This document shows, piece by piece, positions 10,901 to 22,900 of a DNA stretch of 64,000 nt. Every line of letters begins with the position of its first letter. Position 1 is the first letter of the stretch. The notes below the pieces were generated by a model. The model did not search any database. It saw nothing but the letters and a program-made list of their open reading frames with translations, and was not told where the DNA came from. This DNA is from Vicugna vicugna (lineage: Eukaryota). The position numbers and the translations under genes are program-made. The stretch spans positions 2,430,419 to 2,494,418 of the forward strand of contig MU058198.1 in the NCBI GenBank assembly GCA_013265495.1, given 5' to 3'.

Positions 10901-13900
10901 GACACCTTTACACGGCATCCTGCAGCTGCGGCCCAGCTTCTCCTACCTGGATAAAGCCGACGCCAAGCACCGTGAGAGGGAGGCAGCCAATGAGGGTGAG
11001 CCCCCCAGCCCCCAGGTCTGTCTGCATCTTGGTGGGATGGGTGGGTCACGGGGAGAAGTACTGAAGGGATGGACTGCAGGATCCTTAGCAGCACCCCTGG
11101 CCTCTGCCCACTGGGTGCCAGTAGCACCCAACCCCACAGCTTTGACAACCAAACACGTCACCATTTATGTCCAATTGAGAATCACTGACTTACACAACTA
11201 CCTCTGTCTAGAAGGAGAAGTCACAGACACCGCTGCTTGAGCCTGCTTGGTGGTGAGGCAGAGAGCGGGGAGCTGGGAGCTCCTCCAGAGGCTGCAAGCA
11301 GGGTTTTTTCTTTTGCAGCGGGAGACTCTTCGCAGGACGAAGCAGAAGAAGATGTGAAGCAGATCACGGTGAGTTCTGGCCCACAGAGAGAGTGGCCTGG
11401 GAGGCAGCAGGGCCAATGGTGTAGCTGTCTGGAGGCAGCGAGGGGTGGGAAGGTCTGCACGGAATGTGGGCTCTGGGGTGAAACAGATACAGAAACAGCG
11501 TCCATCCTTAGAGCCCTGTTGCTGGGCTACCTGGAGGGATAAGCTAACCTCTTCCCAGCCTCAGCTGTCCCAGCTGTAAACTGGATTGCGGCCCTGGGTG
11601 CAACAATAAGAAGGGGGGTATCCTGAGGCTTGGTTGGAATTGCCTGGTTAGAGGAAACCAGGGCCCCAGTGAACCCACAGACGTAGTCTGTGCCATAAAG
11701 CCTATGTCTTAATGGAGCCAAAACCTTGTTAATTAATTGTATAAGTCTATTATTTCAGGGTGCACAGATAGAAGTTTCTATCTTAACAGTTATTTGTGTG
11801 TTCTAAAGCGTCTTAGAAGAATATTGACCTTCCATTTATGGTTAAAATGAGTGTTTAAAGAAAAGTACTGCACAGATAATGATACAAATGGTACACCAGT
11901 GTGGCTGATTGTGGTGAGTGTGTGCAGGTCCTTGGAGATGGGTAGGCATTGGCTTAACCAACACGGGGCTCATCCTGTTCTCGGGATAGCTTGTTGGATG
12001 ACCTCAGATGCCTTCTTCCCTTCTCGGGGACCCACTGACGCTTGTTTAAAAAGACGTTCTTAGGCCTGTGTGCTTTAAAGGCTCCGCATAGAATCCCAGG
12101 AGTCTGTCAGCTAGCCAGCGCCCCTGCACAGGTGCCTATCACAAGAGGGGTGAGTCAGGGCTTGGCTCCATCTGGTCTCTAAGCAACAGAAACCCAGATC
12201 TACCTGGTGTGAGCCAAAAATGGCTGGTCCCTGTTACTGAAAAATGGAACTTTCCAGGGTAGCTTCAGCTATGGCTGGATTCAGGTGCCCAGAATCTGTC
12301 ATCGAAGCCTGGTTTCTCCATCACTAGGTTCTGCCTTCCTCTTTTGGCCTCTTTCTTAGGCAGTGTGCCTGCCTCCAGCAGTAGAAAGAGTTGTCCTAGC
12401 TCACATCCTCCCAGCTTCCAAGACCCCAGAGGGAAAAGAAACTGTTCTCTCATTACTTCTCATTGAAGTGCCAGACTGGACTCTTTGACTTGGCCAGCCC
12501 TGAACCACCCCTGTGACTAAGAGGATTCGGTGCTCAGACTGAGTCACGTGTCTGCTCCCTGCTGGAGCTGGGAGCACGTGTGGGTGGGACTTGGGGGAGG
12601 GATATTAGCGCTCCTGAACTGAAGGGGAAGGGAGTTTTCTAACAGAAAACTGGGAGTGGGGATGGACTGGGTGCTGGGCAGGCAGAAGCCAGAGGACACC
12701 ACTCCCTGGCTGTGTCGCACGTCACAGAGAAGCACATGGTTGGAAATGAATTCAAAGACCTGTGCCAGAGGTGGAGGGTGGGGTGGGAGCGGGAAATGCC
12801 TCAGGCGTGGAGTTCTCTGGCCGCCTGGCGGGCGCTGGGCTGGCAGCCCAGGAAGTGTCCCAGGCCTGCAGTCGTGACCCCTCTCCCCGCTCCCAGGTGC
12901 GGTTCTCCCGGCCTGAGTCCGAGCAGGCCCGCCAGCGCCGCGTGCAGTCCTACGAGTTCCTGCAGAAGAAGCACGCGGAGGAGCCCTGGGTCCACCTGCA
13001 CTACTACGGCCTGAGGGTGAGCCGGGGAGGGGTCCTGGGAGACAGGCCCCAGCGCCCAGGATGTGCTACCTGGTGGCCTCGTTGTTCCACCTCTGATTTA
13101 CTTCAGATGCAGTTGTAGCCACGGGAGAGAGGTTAACTCCTGTGGGTAGCTTGTGCTCGTTCCCACCTTCCCACCTAGCGTGTGCCCCACGGGAGTGAGT
13201 CTGCTTTTCCCCTCTTGGGGGTTGTGGCCCCCTGGGCTCTCCCTACGGGTGAGCATCTTGCTGGGCTTGGAGTGGGGCTAGTGTTTGGCTACTTTTTTTG
13301 TGCATCATGGGCCCTGAACAAAGGCTAGACGCTTCATGGGATGCTCCGTGGATAACTGGCCATCTGTACCATGGCCGAGTTCTCTGTGAACCGGACAGCA
13401 GTGATTTTTACTATGCTTGACTTAGAACCCAGTCCTTGAAACTATATATTGAGCAAGGGAAGCAATTGAATATTAGCTCACAAAGACACCATAGGCGAAG
13501 GCTCCCCAACATATTTCTGGGGGAGGAACAACTCCTGATCTCTCTGGAACCTTCCTGAAAGAGACTTGTGTTGACAGAGCCTTGGACTTTGGGTCAGACT
13601 TCCAGAAGCTCTGCTGTTTCCTACTGTGTGGCCTTAGGCTGGTTCCTTACCCTCTCTAAGCCTCAGTTTCCTTATCTGTAAGGTGGAATTAATAGCAGTA
13701 CCTAGCATCATAGTTCTTGGGGGAATTGGGGGATGAGATGAGTTGGTGTATACACAGCTGTTGGAACAGAGCCTGGCACGTAGAAGGGGCTCAGTGAATG
13801 TTAGCTGTTTTGGTCATTGCTCTCAGTGTTCTCGTACCAAGGACAGGGCACTGAGGCACAGATGCTGGGGCTGTGCATTGTAAAGGCAGGAAGGTGGCTG

Positions 13901-16900
13901 GTGGAGGCCTCATCGCAGAGGCCTTGAATGCCATGCTCAGGAAGTTGGATGTGATCCTGTGGCCAGCCTTGGAGCAGGACAGTGGGTGGCTGGAGCGGAA
14001 GGTGACTGAGGGGTGAGACCTGTGGATGGCAGAGCTCTGGCCCCGCAGGCCTGGACTGTTGGCTGAGGTCCCTCCCGCTCCCTGTTCCTCCCACAGGACA
14101 GCCGCTCTGAGCACGAGCGCCAGTACCTGCTGTGCCAGGGCTCCAGCGGGGTTGAGAACACGGAGCTCGTCAAGTCGCCCAGGTGGGGTTGGCTGGGCCA
14201 GGGTGTTATGTCCTAAGGGCTGCTGAGCCTGACACTGGCCCCAGGAGGGTCCTTCTGGCGTGGGTCCTTCCTTGGGACTGTGGTCCCTTCTGTAGGGTCG
14301 GATGGGGCCAGGAGAGGGGGGAAGTGGGAAGACATGGTCCTCCTTTCTCTGTGAATTTGGGGAAGGGTGGGGGGATCTTTGTCCCCCTCCCCCCTAGGCT
14401 GGATACAGCCTGGTTCAAGGGCAGGGGTGGGACAAGGACAGCCCTGGGAGCCGCTAACGCTGCCCCCTCTCCCCACAGTGAGTACCTCATGATGCTGATG
14501 CCTCCCAGCCAGGAGGAGGAGGAGTGAGTAGAGGCGGGCTGGATGCTCCCCCCTCCCCACCCCGAACCCCCCACCCCGGTCTCCTCTAACCCTTCCCCTT
14601 TGTTTTCAACAGAGACAAACCAGTGGCCCCCAGCAATGTCCTGTCCATGGCCCAGCTGCGCACCCTGCCCCTGGCTGACCAGATCAAGATCCTGATGAAG
14701 AATGGTGGGTGGGCACCCCTGTCCTCCAGGGCACCCCAGCTCTGCCACCTCCTGGGGAAATAGAGTCAGGGACAGACTTCAGGACCAAGGGGCCAGAGGC
14801 CCCCAATACCCCGAGCCCACCCAGCTGTACAGCTGTCCTTGAGTGGGTGGTGGGCCGCTCCAGGTCCTTGCCACTCCCCTGCTGAGTGAGCTTGGACAGG
14901 TAACTGACCTGCTGAGCCTTAGACTATTTTTCTGTAGAAGGGGTCTAAGATAGCTCCTAGGGCTGAGGCCAGGCTTCTGAAGGGCTTACACAGAGCCTTG
15001 CATGTGAACAAATGTGCGCTACGTTCATTTTCATAATGAAGCGTGTTTACTTGCACTGTTTGTGGTACCCTCACCCGGCTTCACACAGTTGGGACTCTGA
15101 AGGCCAGAACCTTTGGGGTGGATGTGAGCCTTGAACCTCAGAGCTGAGTCCCAGGCTCTGGGCTCTTCTGAGATGCCAGCAGGAGGGTCTCCTGGGGCCC
15201 GAGCAGAGAGGGGTGCTCCCAGGGGGCCAGGCTGCTTGCCTTCCTACAGAAAACGTGGGGCCTTCCCCAGGCCCTGCCCCTGCTCACTTGGCTGGGGATG
15301 CAGTGGGTGGGGGTGAGCAGGACACAGTGGCTGAGTGCATGAACTATGGAACCAGACAGCTTGGGTTCATATCCTGACCCTGCCACTCACATCCTGACCC
15401 TGACCCTAGCCACTTCAGCCATGGGTGTGTTTTGAAACCTTCCTGGGCTGAGCAGTGAGAGTCTTCCTCACAAGACACTCCTCAGTCTTCATGGGTGTCT
15501 GCTCCAGGGCTGGTGAGATGCAGGTGCCCACAGGTAATAAACTGCCAGTGAATGTCAGCTGTTCCTGGTGCCAGTGTCATCCTTAGTGTTCACGGGCTGG
15601 GCTTGTTCTGTGAGCTTGAAGCTCTAGAGACGTGCTGGGGAGAGGGACGGTCCAGGCCCTTCCCTCTTGTCTGATGTCTCCTGCGTCCTCCTCAGTGAAG
15701 GTCATGCCTTTTGCCAACTTGATGAGCCTCCTGGGCCCCTCCATCGATTCCATGGCTGTTCTGCGTGGCATCCAGAAGGTGGCGATGTTAGTCCAAGGAA
15801 ACTGGGTGGTGAAGAGGTAAGTTCATCCTTAACAGGAGCTCTTAATCCGTTTAAATTTCATGCCGTTACTGATGTTTCGGGTTTAAATCTACCATGACAC
15901 TTTCTGTTTGTCCTGCCTACATTGCATTTTATATTCATTCTTCTACTGAATTCTTTCCTTATTCAATTTCCCCTCCACTAATGTGGAAGGTACCCTTGAT
16001 TCTTGGTGATTACCCTACGTACATTTGTAACTTAAAGTTTAATATTAATTGCTGCTTTCTACTCTCATCCATGATAATTCAGTGACCTTAGAATATATAT
16101 ATTTTAAATTTTATTCATTTATTTATTGTATTATTTTATTTTGGCAGGGTGGGTAATTAATTTTTTTTTTTTTAAGAGGAGGTGCTGGGGATTGAACCCA
16201 GGACCTTGTACATGCTAAGCATGTGCTCTACCACTTGAGCTATACCCTCCCCTAGAATATTTTATATTTATCTTCCTCCCAAGTCATGTGTCGTTGTATT
16301 TGTATATTTTAATTCTGTTTTAAATCCCACGAGACATTATATTATCCACTCACATCTTTGCCTTTTATTTTGCTCATCGTTTGTTTCTGCATCTCTGACT
16401 TCCTGTCTGGGATAATTTCCTGCTGCTAAGGAATGCTGTGGGAGTTCTTTTAGTGCAGGTCTGCGGGTGATGAACTTCTTTGGTTTTTCTTCACTTAGAA
16501 ATGGCTATTTCACCCGTATTCTTGAAGGATATTTTTACAGACTTTAGAAAATCTAGGTTGATTGTTTTCCTTCCACACACAGGTATAGTTTCATAGGAAC
16601 TTGACTTCCATTGTCTCTCTTGTCGGTCTAGTCCATGACCCACCGTCTGATACCTATTCCTTTATTTTTTCTCTGGCCACTTTTAAGATTTTCTCTTGTT
16701 TTGGCTTTCCAAGCTCATTAACATGTGCCTAAGTGTGAATTTCTTTTTATTTATCCTGTTGGGGATTCATAGGCCTTGGGTTTGTGGCTTGCTGTCTTTT
16801 GGCAGTTTGTCTTCTGTGATTCCTTCTCTAGACTATCTGCCTTCTCCACTAGAGTGTCATTTTCAAGGGGGCAGGGACTGAATGTTTTGACTCTCTCTCT

Positions 16901-19900
16901 ATCCGTGGTACTTAGTATAATGGCTGGCACATGGTAGTCCCTTGGTAAGTACAGTGTGGCTACATTTTATGGCCCTTGAATTATACTCATTTTAAATGGT
17001 AGAATATAAAGTACATTAATATTCACTTTTTAGAAAGTACGATGTAAAATAAAGTCTTTCAAATATGAGTTATTTTAAATTTTCAAAAAAGTAATTCATT
17101 GCAGAAAAGTATCATTCCACAGTTGGTTGGCCAAGTAAACTGCTGAGTATGTTCATGTTACTGCCACATGGTGATGCCTGGGCTTCCACTCGGAGCCTGA
17201 GGGAGGGGAGGCAGAGGAACTGAGCCCGGGGACTGACGTGCCACCCCCATGTCGTTGGCAGCGACATCCTGTACCCCAAGGACTCCTCCAGCCCTCACAG
17301 CGGCGTGCCTGCCGAGGTGCTCTGCAGAGGCCGGGACTTTGTTGTAAGTGCCCGGGCTCTCTGGCCTCCTGGGGGGTCGTCGTGGGAGGGGGATAGGGGG
17401 CAGCACAGGGCATCCAGGACCTTGGCCCAGCCATGGAACAGAGGGCAGGTAAGTGTGATCTGGGGTGAGGGTGGGTGGGGCAGGCGGCACAGAGGTCGGG
17501 GCGGACGGCTCTGCCTTTCTCCTTCCTCTCGGATCCTGGAGTCTCCGCCTTCATCGAAAGCTTTGAGTTGAGTTCCTCTAGCCTGGAGGTTGCAAACTGA
17601 AGGCCCATAGCCATTTGAGCTGAGTGATTTTATTTTATTTTATTTTGTTTTATTTTACTTTATTTTATTTTTAATTGAAATATAGTTGATTTACAATGTT
17701 GTGTTAGTTTCTGATGTACAGCAAAATGATTCAGTTATACATATATATATTCTTTTTCATTATAGGTTATTATAATCTATCAAATAGAGTTCCCTCTGCT
17801 ACACAGGAGGACCTTGTTGTTTATCTATTTTATATACAGTAGTTTATATCTGCTAACTCCAAACTCCTAACTTATCCCTTCCTCCCTCTTCCCCTTTGGT
17901 AACCATAGCTTGTTTTCTGTGTTAATGGGTCAGTTTCTATTTTGTAAATAAGTTCATTAGTGTCATTTTTTTTAGATTCCACACATAGGTGATATCATAT
18001 GATATTTTTCTTTTTCTGTCTGGTTTGCTTCACTAAGTATGATAATCTCTAGGTCTGTCCATGTTGTTGCAAACGGCGTTATTTTATTCTTTATGGCTGA
18101 ATAATAATTCGTGTGTGTGTGTGTTCGTGTGTGTGTGTACACACCACATCTTTATCCAGTCATCTGTTGATGGACATTGAGGTTGCTTCCATGTCTTGGT
18201 TATTGTAAATAGTGCTGCTGTGAGCATTGAGGGGCATGCATCTTTTTGAATTAGAATTTTCTCTGGATATATGCCCATGAGTGGGATTGCTGGATCATAG
18301 GGCAACTCTGTTTTTAATTTTTTAAGGAATCTCCATACTGTTTTCCATAGTGCCTATACCAAATTAAGTTCCCACCAACAGTGTAGGAGTGTTCCTATAG
18401 GCTGTTTGTCTTCATTGGAGAAATGTCTGTTTATGTCTTCTGCCCATTTTTTGAATGGGTTGTTTGTGTTTTTGTTATTGAGTTGTATGAGCTGTTTGTA
18501 TATTCTGGAACTTTAAGTCCTTGTCATTGCTTCTTTGCAAGTATTTTCTCCTAGTATGTAAGTTGTCTTTCATTTTGTTTATGATTTTCTTTGCTGTGCA
18601 AAAGTTTAATTAGGTCCCATTTATTTATTTTTGCTTTTATTTCTGTTGCCTGGGTAGACTGACTTAGGGAAAGATTGCTACGATTTATGTGAGAATGTTT
18701 TGCCTGTGTTCTCGAGTGGTGCTTTTAAAGTGCTGACTTGGTTGTCTGTTTTTACAAATCACAATCATGATAGTCCTGTCTTGTCGTGAATAACTGGACA
18801 GCCTGGCATTCCTGGACCCACACCCCCAAACAGCACCGACTTTGATCGGGCCGATGATCCCCAGCTCACCACAGTCCCGGGCGCGTCTGTTTCCCTCGGG
18901 CGTGTTCCCTGCACTTGTTGCTGTGGGCTTCTGCAGCTCCTGAGCTGGCTTGTGCCTTCACCCCATGACCCCACCCTGCCTCCCACCTTCATCTCGAACT
19001 GAAGTCCCAGCCAAGGCATCCCTCCGAAGGGCTTGAAGCCTGAGCTGCTGGGACCTGCAGTGCCTCCCTTGACCTCGGCAGTGTGCTTTGTTTGCTGAGA
19101 TCTGTCTCCTTGGAGCTGTCTGCGGTGACCTTGGTTAGCTCATGTCCAGGACCGATCACACTGGGCGGCCCTTAAGCTGTTTAATAAAAGAGTGTCTGCA
19201 TGTTCTCTCTTCTCAGCTGGGTGTCCCAGCTCTTTTGGGCACTCAGCATCTACTTGCCTTTGTGGTATTTCTGTCTCTGGAGGGTCAGGGAGCAGTAGAA
19301 TTGACTCCCAGCCTTGCTAACCACACACATGTGCTGTTCACCCTTAGCTGCCTGTCAGCCCTGCTCTGTTCGTGTAGACACTGTCACATCTAGGGGTCTG
19401 GGAGAGGGTCTAGTCAAATCTGCATTGTTGTAGGTGACAGAGGGGGCAAGACATCCCACACCCCAGGGAGCTTTTGTGGTGTGGATGAGGTGGGGTGGGT
19501 CCAGCTACCCTCCTGGAGGTTGTTTACAGAGGAGGAAGCGGAGGCTCAGAGTTGAAGTGACTGCCCACAGCCACACAGCCAGGACCCAGACCCAGGCTGG
19601 GAGCCGCTACTCTGGAGCCTCATCTTGGGCTCCCAGGACAGTCTGAGGTGCGTTCGTTTCTGCGTCCTGGAAACAGGCTTCTTTTTCTCCCTCAGATGTG
19701 GAAGTTCACGCAGAGCCGGTGGGTGGTAAGGAAAGAGGTGGCCACGGTGACTAAAGTAAGTGATGTTCTTGATCTGAGGCCTGGGCCCCACCACTGGAGG
19801 GATGTGGGCTGAGCGGGGTGTTTGACCTGGTCATGTCTCACCTTTGCCCCCCTCACCCCAGCTCTGTGCTGAAGACGTGAAGGACTTTCTGGAGCACATG

Positions 19901-22900
19901 GCCGTAGTGAGGATCAACAAAGGCTGGGAGTTCATACTGCCTTATGACGGGGAGTTCATCAAGAAGCATCCAGATGTGGTCCAGCGGCAGCACATGCTGT
20001 GGACGGGCATCCAGGCCAAGTACGAGCTTGCTGGGCGGGGTGAGGGGCAGCCAGGCAGAGGGACACTGGGTTGTGCCCCCAGCCTCCCTGCCTCCAGGGG
20101 CAGTGAATGCAAATTTAGGGCTCTGTGCACCCCTCTTCCACTCAGGTGGATGCTTGCTGATCCCAGAACCCCTGGCAGAGCTACTTCCTGCTGATCAGAG
20201 CTGACGCGTGTTCTGAGGGGGTTGGGGAGGAGAGGAAACCCTCAGGCGCAAGAGCCCGGGCTCGGGTGGGCCAAGGCAGGCTGGCCAGGGACCAGCTGAG
20301 GGAGGGAGGGATAGGCTGCCACTCCCCACCCTGGCCCCAGGGAGGCTGTGGGGAGAGACAGTTGGAGCTCTAAGCATGTGGCGTCTGCAGTGACCAGGAT
20401 GTCCGGGGCTTAAGGGGGTATTTCTGTTGGGAAGCAGATGACGGGAAACAAGGTTTAAAGTTAAGAGGGTTTACTCTTCTTTTCAGGTTAGAAAAAGTTT
20501 ATAATCTTGTGAAGGAAGCCATGCCAAAGAAGCCAGATGGACAATCAGGTGCAGAGGGGTGTCGGCTGGGTGGGCCCCTAACCCCGGCACTGCCTCCAGC
20601 AGGGGTCGGCCTGGAGCGGGGCTGAGGGGGTAGCGGGTGTGTGACTCACCATTGGCCGCCCTTCTGTACCCGCCTCCCCTGCCCCGCAGGCCACCACCTC
20701 AGGGACTGAAGCCGCTGTGCTCCGGGGCTGGGGCTGGGCTCTAGGCCCCTGAGACTTCTCACCCTTTTGGGTTTCCAGAGGTGGTGGGACAGGAGGAGCT
20801 GCTGGCAGTAACCCACCTGGCTTGGGCCTCTAATTTCCCCAGTTCTATTCTTCCTTATTTTTGGCCTAGCTAAATTCCTCCTGGGTGGGGTGGCGTGACA
20901 GGTGGGCTGGGCCACTTGCTTCTGCTTCCCTCCTGTCCCTCCCTCTGGTCAGCAGGGTGTCCCCTGTTGGGATGGAAGGGCAGAAGGGCCATGGGTCTTC
21001 CCGGCACGTTCTGAACCCTCCTGAGCAGCCCTGCCTCTCCCCACAGGGCCTGCTGGGCTGGTCTCCGGGGACCAGCGGGTCCAAGTCGCCAAAAGACAGG
21101 CCCAGCAGAACCACGTGCTGCTGGAGCGGGAGCTGCAGCGGAGGAAGGAGCAGCTGCGGGCGTCCACGGTCCTGCCCGGGGTGCGGATCAAGGAGGAGCC
21201 CATGAGCGAGGAGGGGGAGGAGGAGGAGGAGCGGGCGGCAGAGGAGGACGAGGAGCCCATGGACACCTCGCCCAGCGCGGGCCTCCACAGCAGGCTGGCC
21301 AACGGGCTGCCGGGCGGGCGGCCGGCCGGCGGGGACAGCTTCAACGGGCACCCGCCCCCGGGCTGTGCCGGCACCCCCGTGGCCCGGGAACTGAGGGCCT
21401 TCGTGGAGGCCACCTTCCAGAGACAGTTTGTGCTCACGCTGAGCGAACTCAAGCGCCTCTTCAACCTGCACTTGGCCAGCCTGCCCCCGGGCCACACGCT
21501 GTTCAGCGGCATCTCGGACCGCATGCTGCAGGACACGGTGCTGGCCGCCGGCTGCAAGCAGATACTGGTGCCTGTAAGTAGCGCCTGCGGGACCGGCGGC
21601 AGACGAGGCCCCCCGGCTCCTCAAAGGGCTTCTAGGCAGGCCCTGGAGAGAAGTCTGGTCACCCGAGTGGCCTGAGCCCTGCCGGCTTTGGGGTAACAGC
21701 TGTTTGGGGGGGAATGGCTTGGGGACTTGGGAGACTGTCAGCTTCGGTTTGAATCTTGGCTCCCATGTGGTTGTGTGTGTGAGCTTGGGCCAGACAACCC
21801 CTCGGCTCTGCGCCCTCCTCTGACGTGGGTGAGTGTGCGTTGCTGTGTTCCGGGGCTTTGGTCAGGGCTCAGTGAGAGTCTGAAGGCCGGCGCCCGTTGC
21901 TCAGTACACAGCAGGGCCTCGGTCAAGCCGGCTCGGCGTCCTGGGTTCTAGTCCCCTCCCCTGCCGGCACCTCACTCACTCCTGTCAGCTTTGCCATTTT
22001 TCGGGATGATTTCACTTCTAGTGTCATTTGATCTTCCTTGCAATCGCAGGTGGAGAAACTGAATTCCAAAGAAGTGAAGTGAACTTGTGTAAATGTCACG
22101 TACCCAGGAAGTGGCAGAGCTGGAGTCTGAACCCCAGTATAGTGGCTCCAAGTCTTAAATCCTTTCTGCTTCAAGTCAGATGAGCAACCCTCTCACCAGG
22201 GCTCCTCCTGTGCCCGGGTCCCAGCAGGCCTCCCTGTCTGTAGAGGCTAGCTGGCCAGTGTGGGCTCTGGCCTTTCGGTTAGCGTTTCTGGTGCCAGGCC
22301 TGTGGGTGCAGGGCACGCGACCCCACCCCAGGCTTCTTGTCTCCTTGTCCTGCCATTGGAAGGGGCCTCACAGGGGAGGAAACGTAAGAGCAGAGGGACT
22401 ACTGGAGACCGTCTCCCTGAGCTGTGAGTGAAGGGAGCCTGGCTGTGGCCCTGGGGGGGCTGTGCCAGTCACTCTCTGCCCAGGCTCTGTCCAGACCTGC
22501 AGCAGGCAGAGTGAGGCGGGTCTGTGTCTGCCTCTTAACAAGGGAGCGCTGACATTTGCAGTCCAAGGTCAGAAGCACCTGCAGCCTTGGGTGACCTGAG
22601 GCAAAGGCCCATCCCTGAGTACGTGAGGAGCAGAAACTAGGTAGGACAAGAGGCCCCGGGTCTCAGGCTGGCTGGGCTGCCCTGAGGGATCTGGCCCTCA
22701 TGACAGGGAGCCTCCTTGCTGAGGTCTCTGCAGAAGGTACTAGAGTACTGGAGGCCTTGCCCTATTTGGAGCCACAGTGTCCACCCAGCAAATGGGTCCA
22801 TTTATCTGCAGACCTGCCTTTCGCTGACTGAGCCGGGCAAGGGAGGGGTGTCTGCCTCATGTGAGCGAGGCCGTCTTGGGCAGCGGGAGTGGACGGAAGG

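Noticed and set aside
15318..15400. Sense MIR head with a near-consensus B box (GGTTCATATCC, 15364-15374)
   Set aside because: The A box is degenerate and the MIR body is rearranged, so there is too little support for an active Pol III unit.
20866..21624. 252-aa and 202-aa - strand ORFs over POLR3E exon 18
   Set aside because: Antisense shadows of a very GC-rich coding exon.
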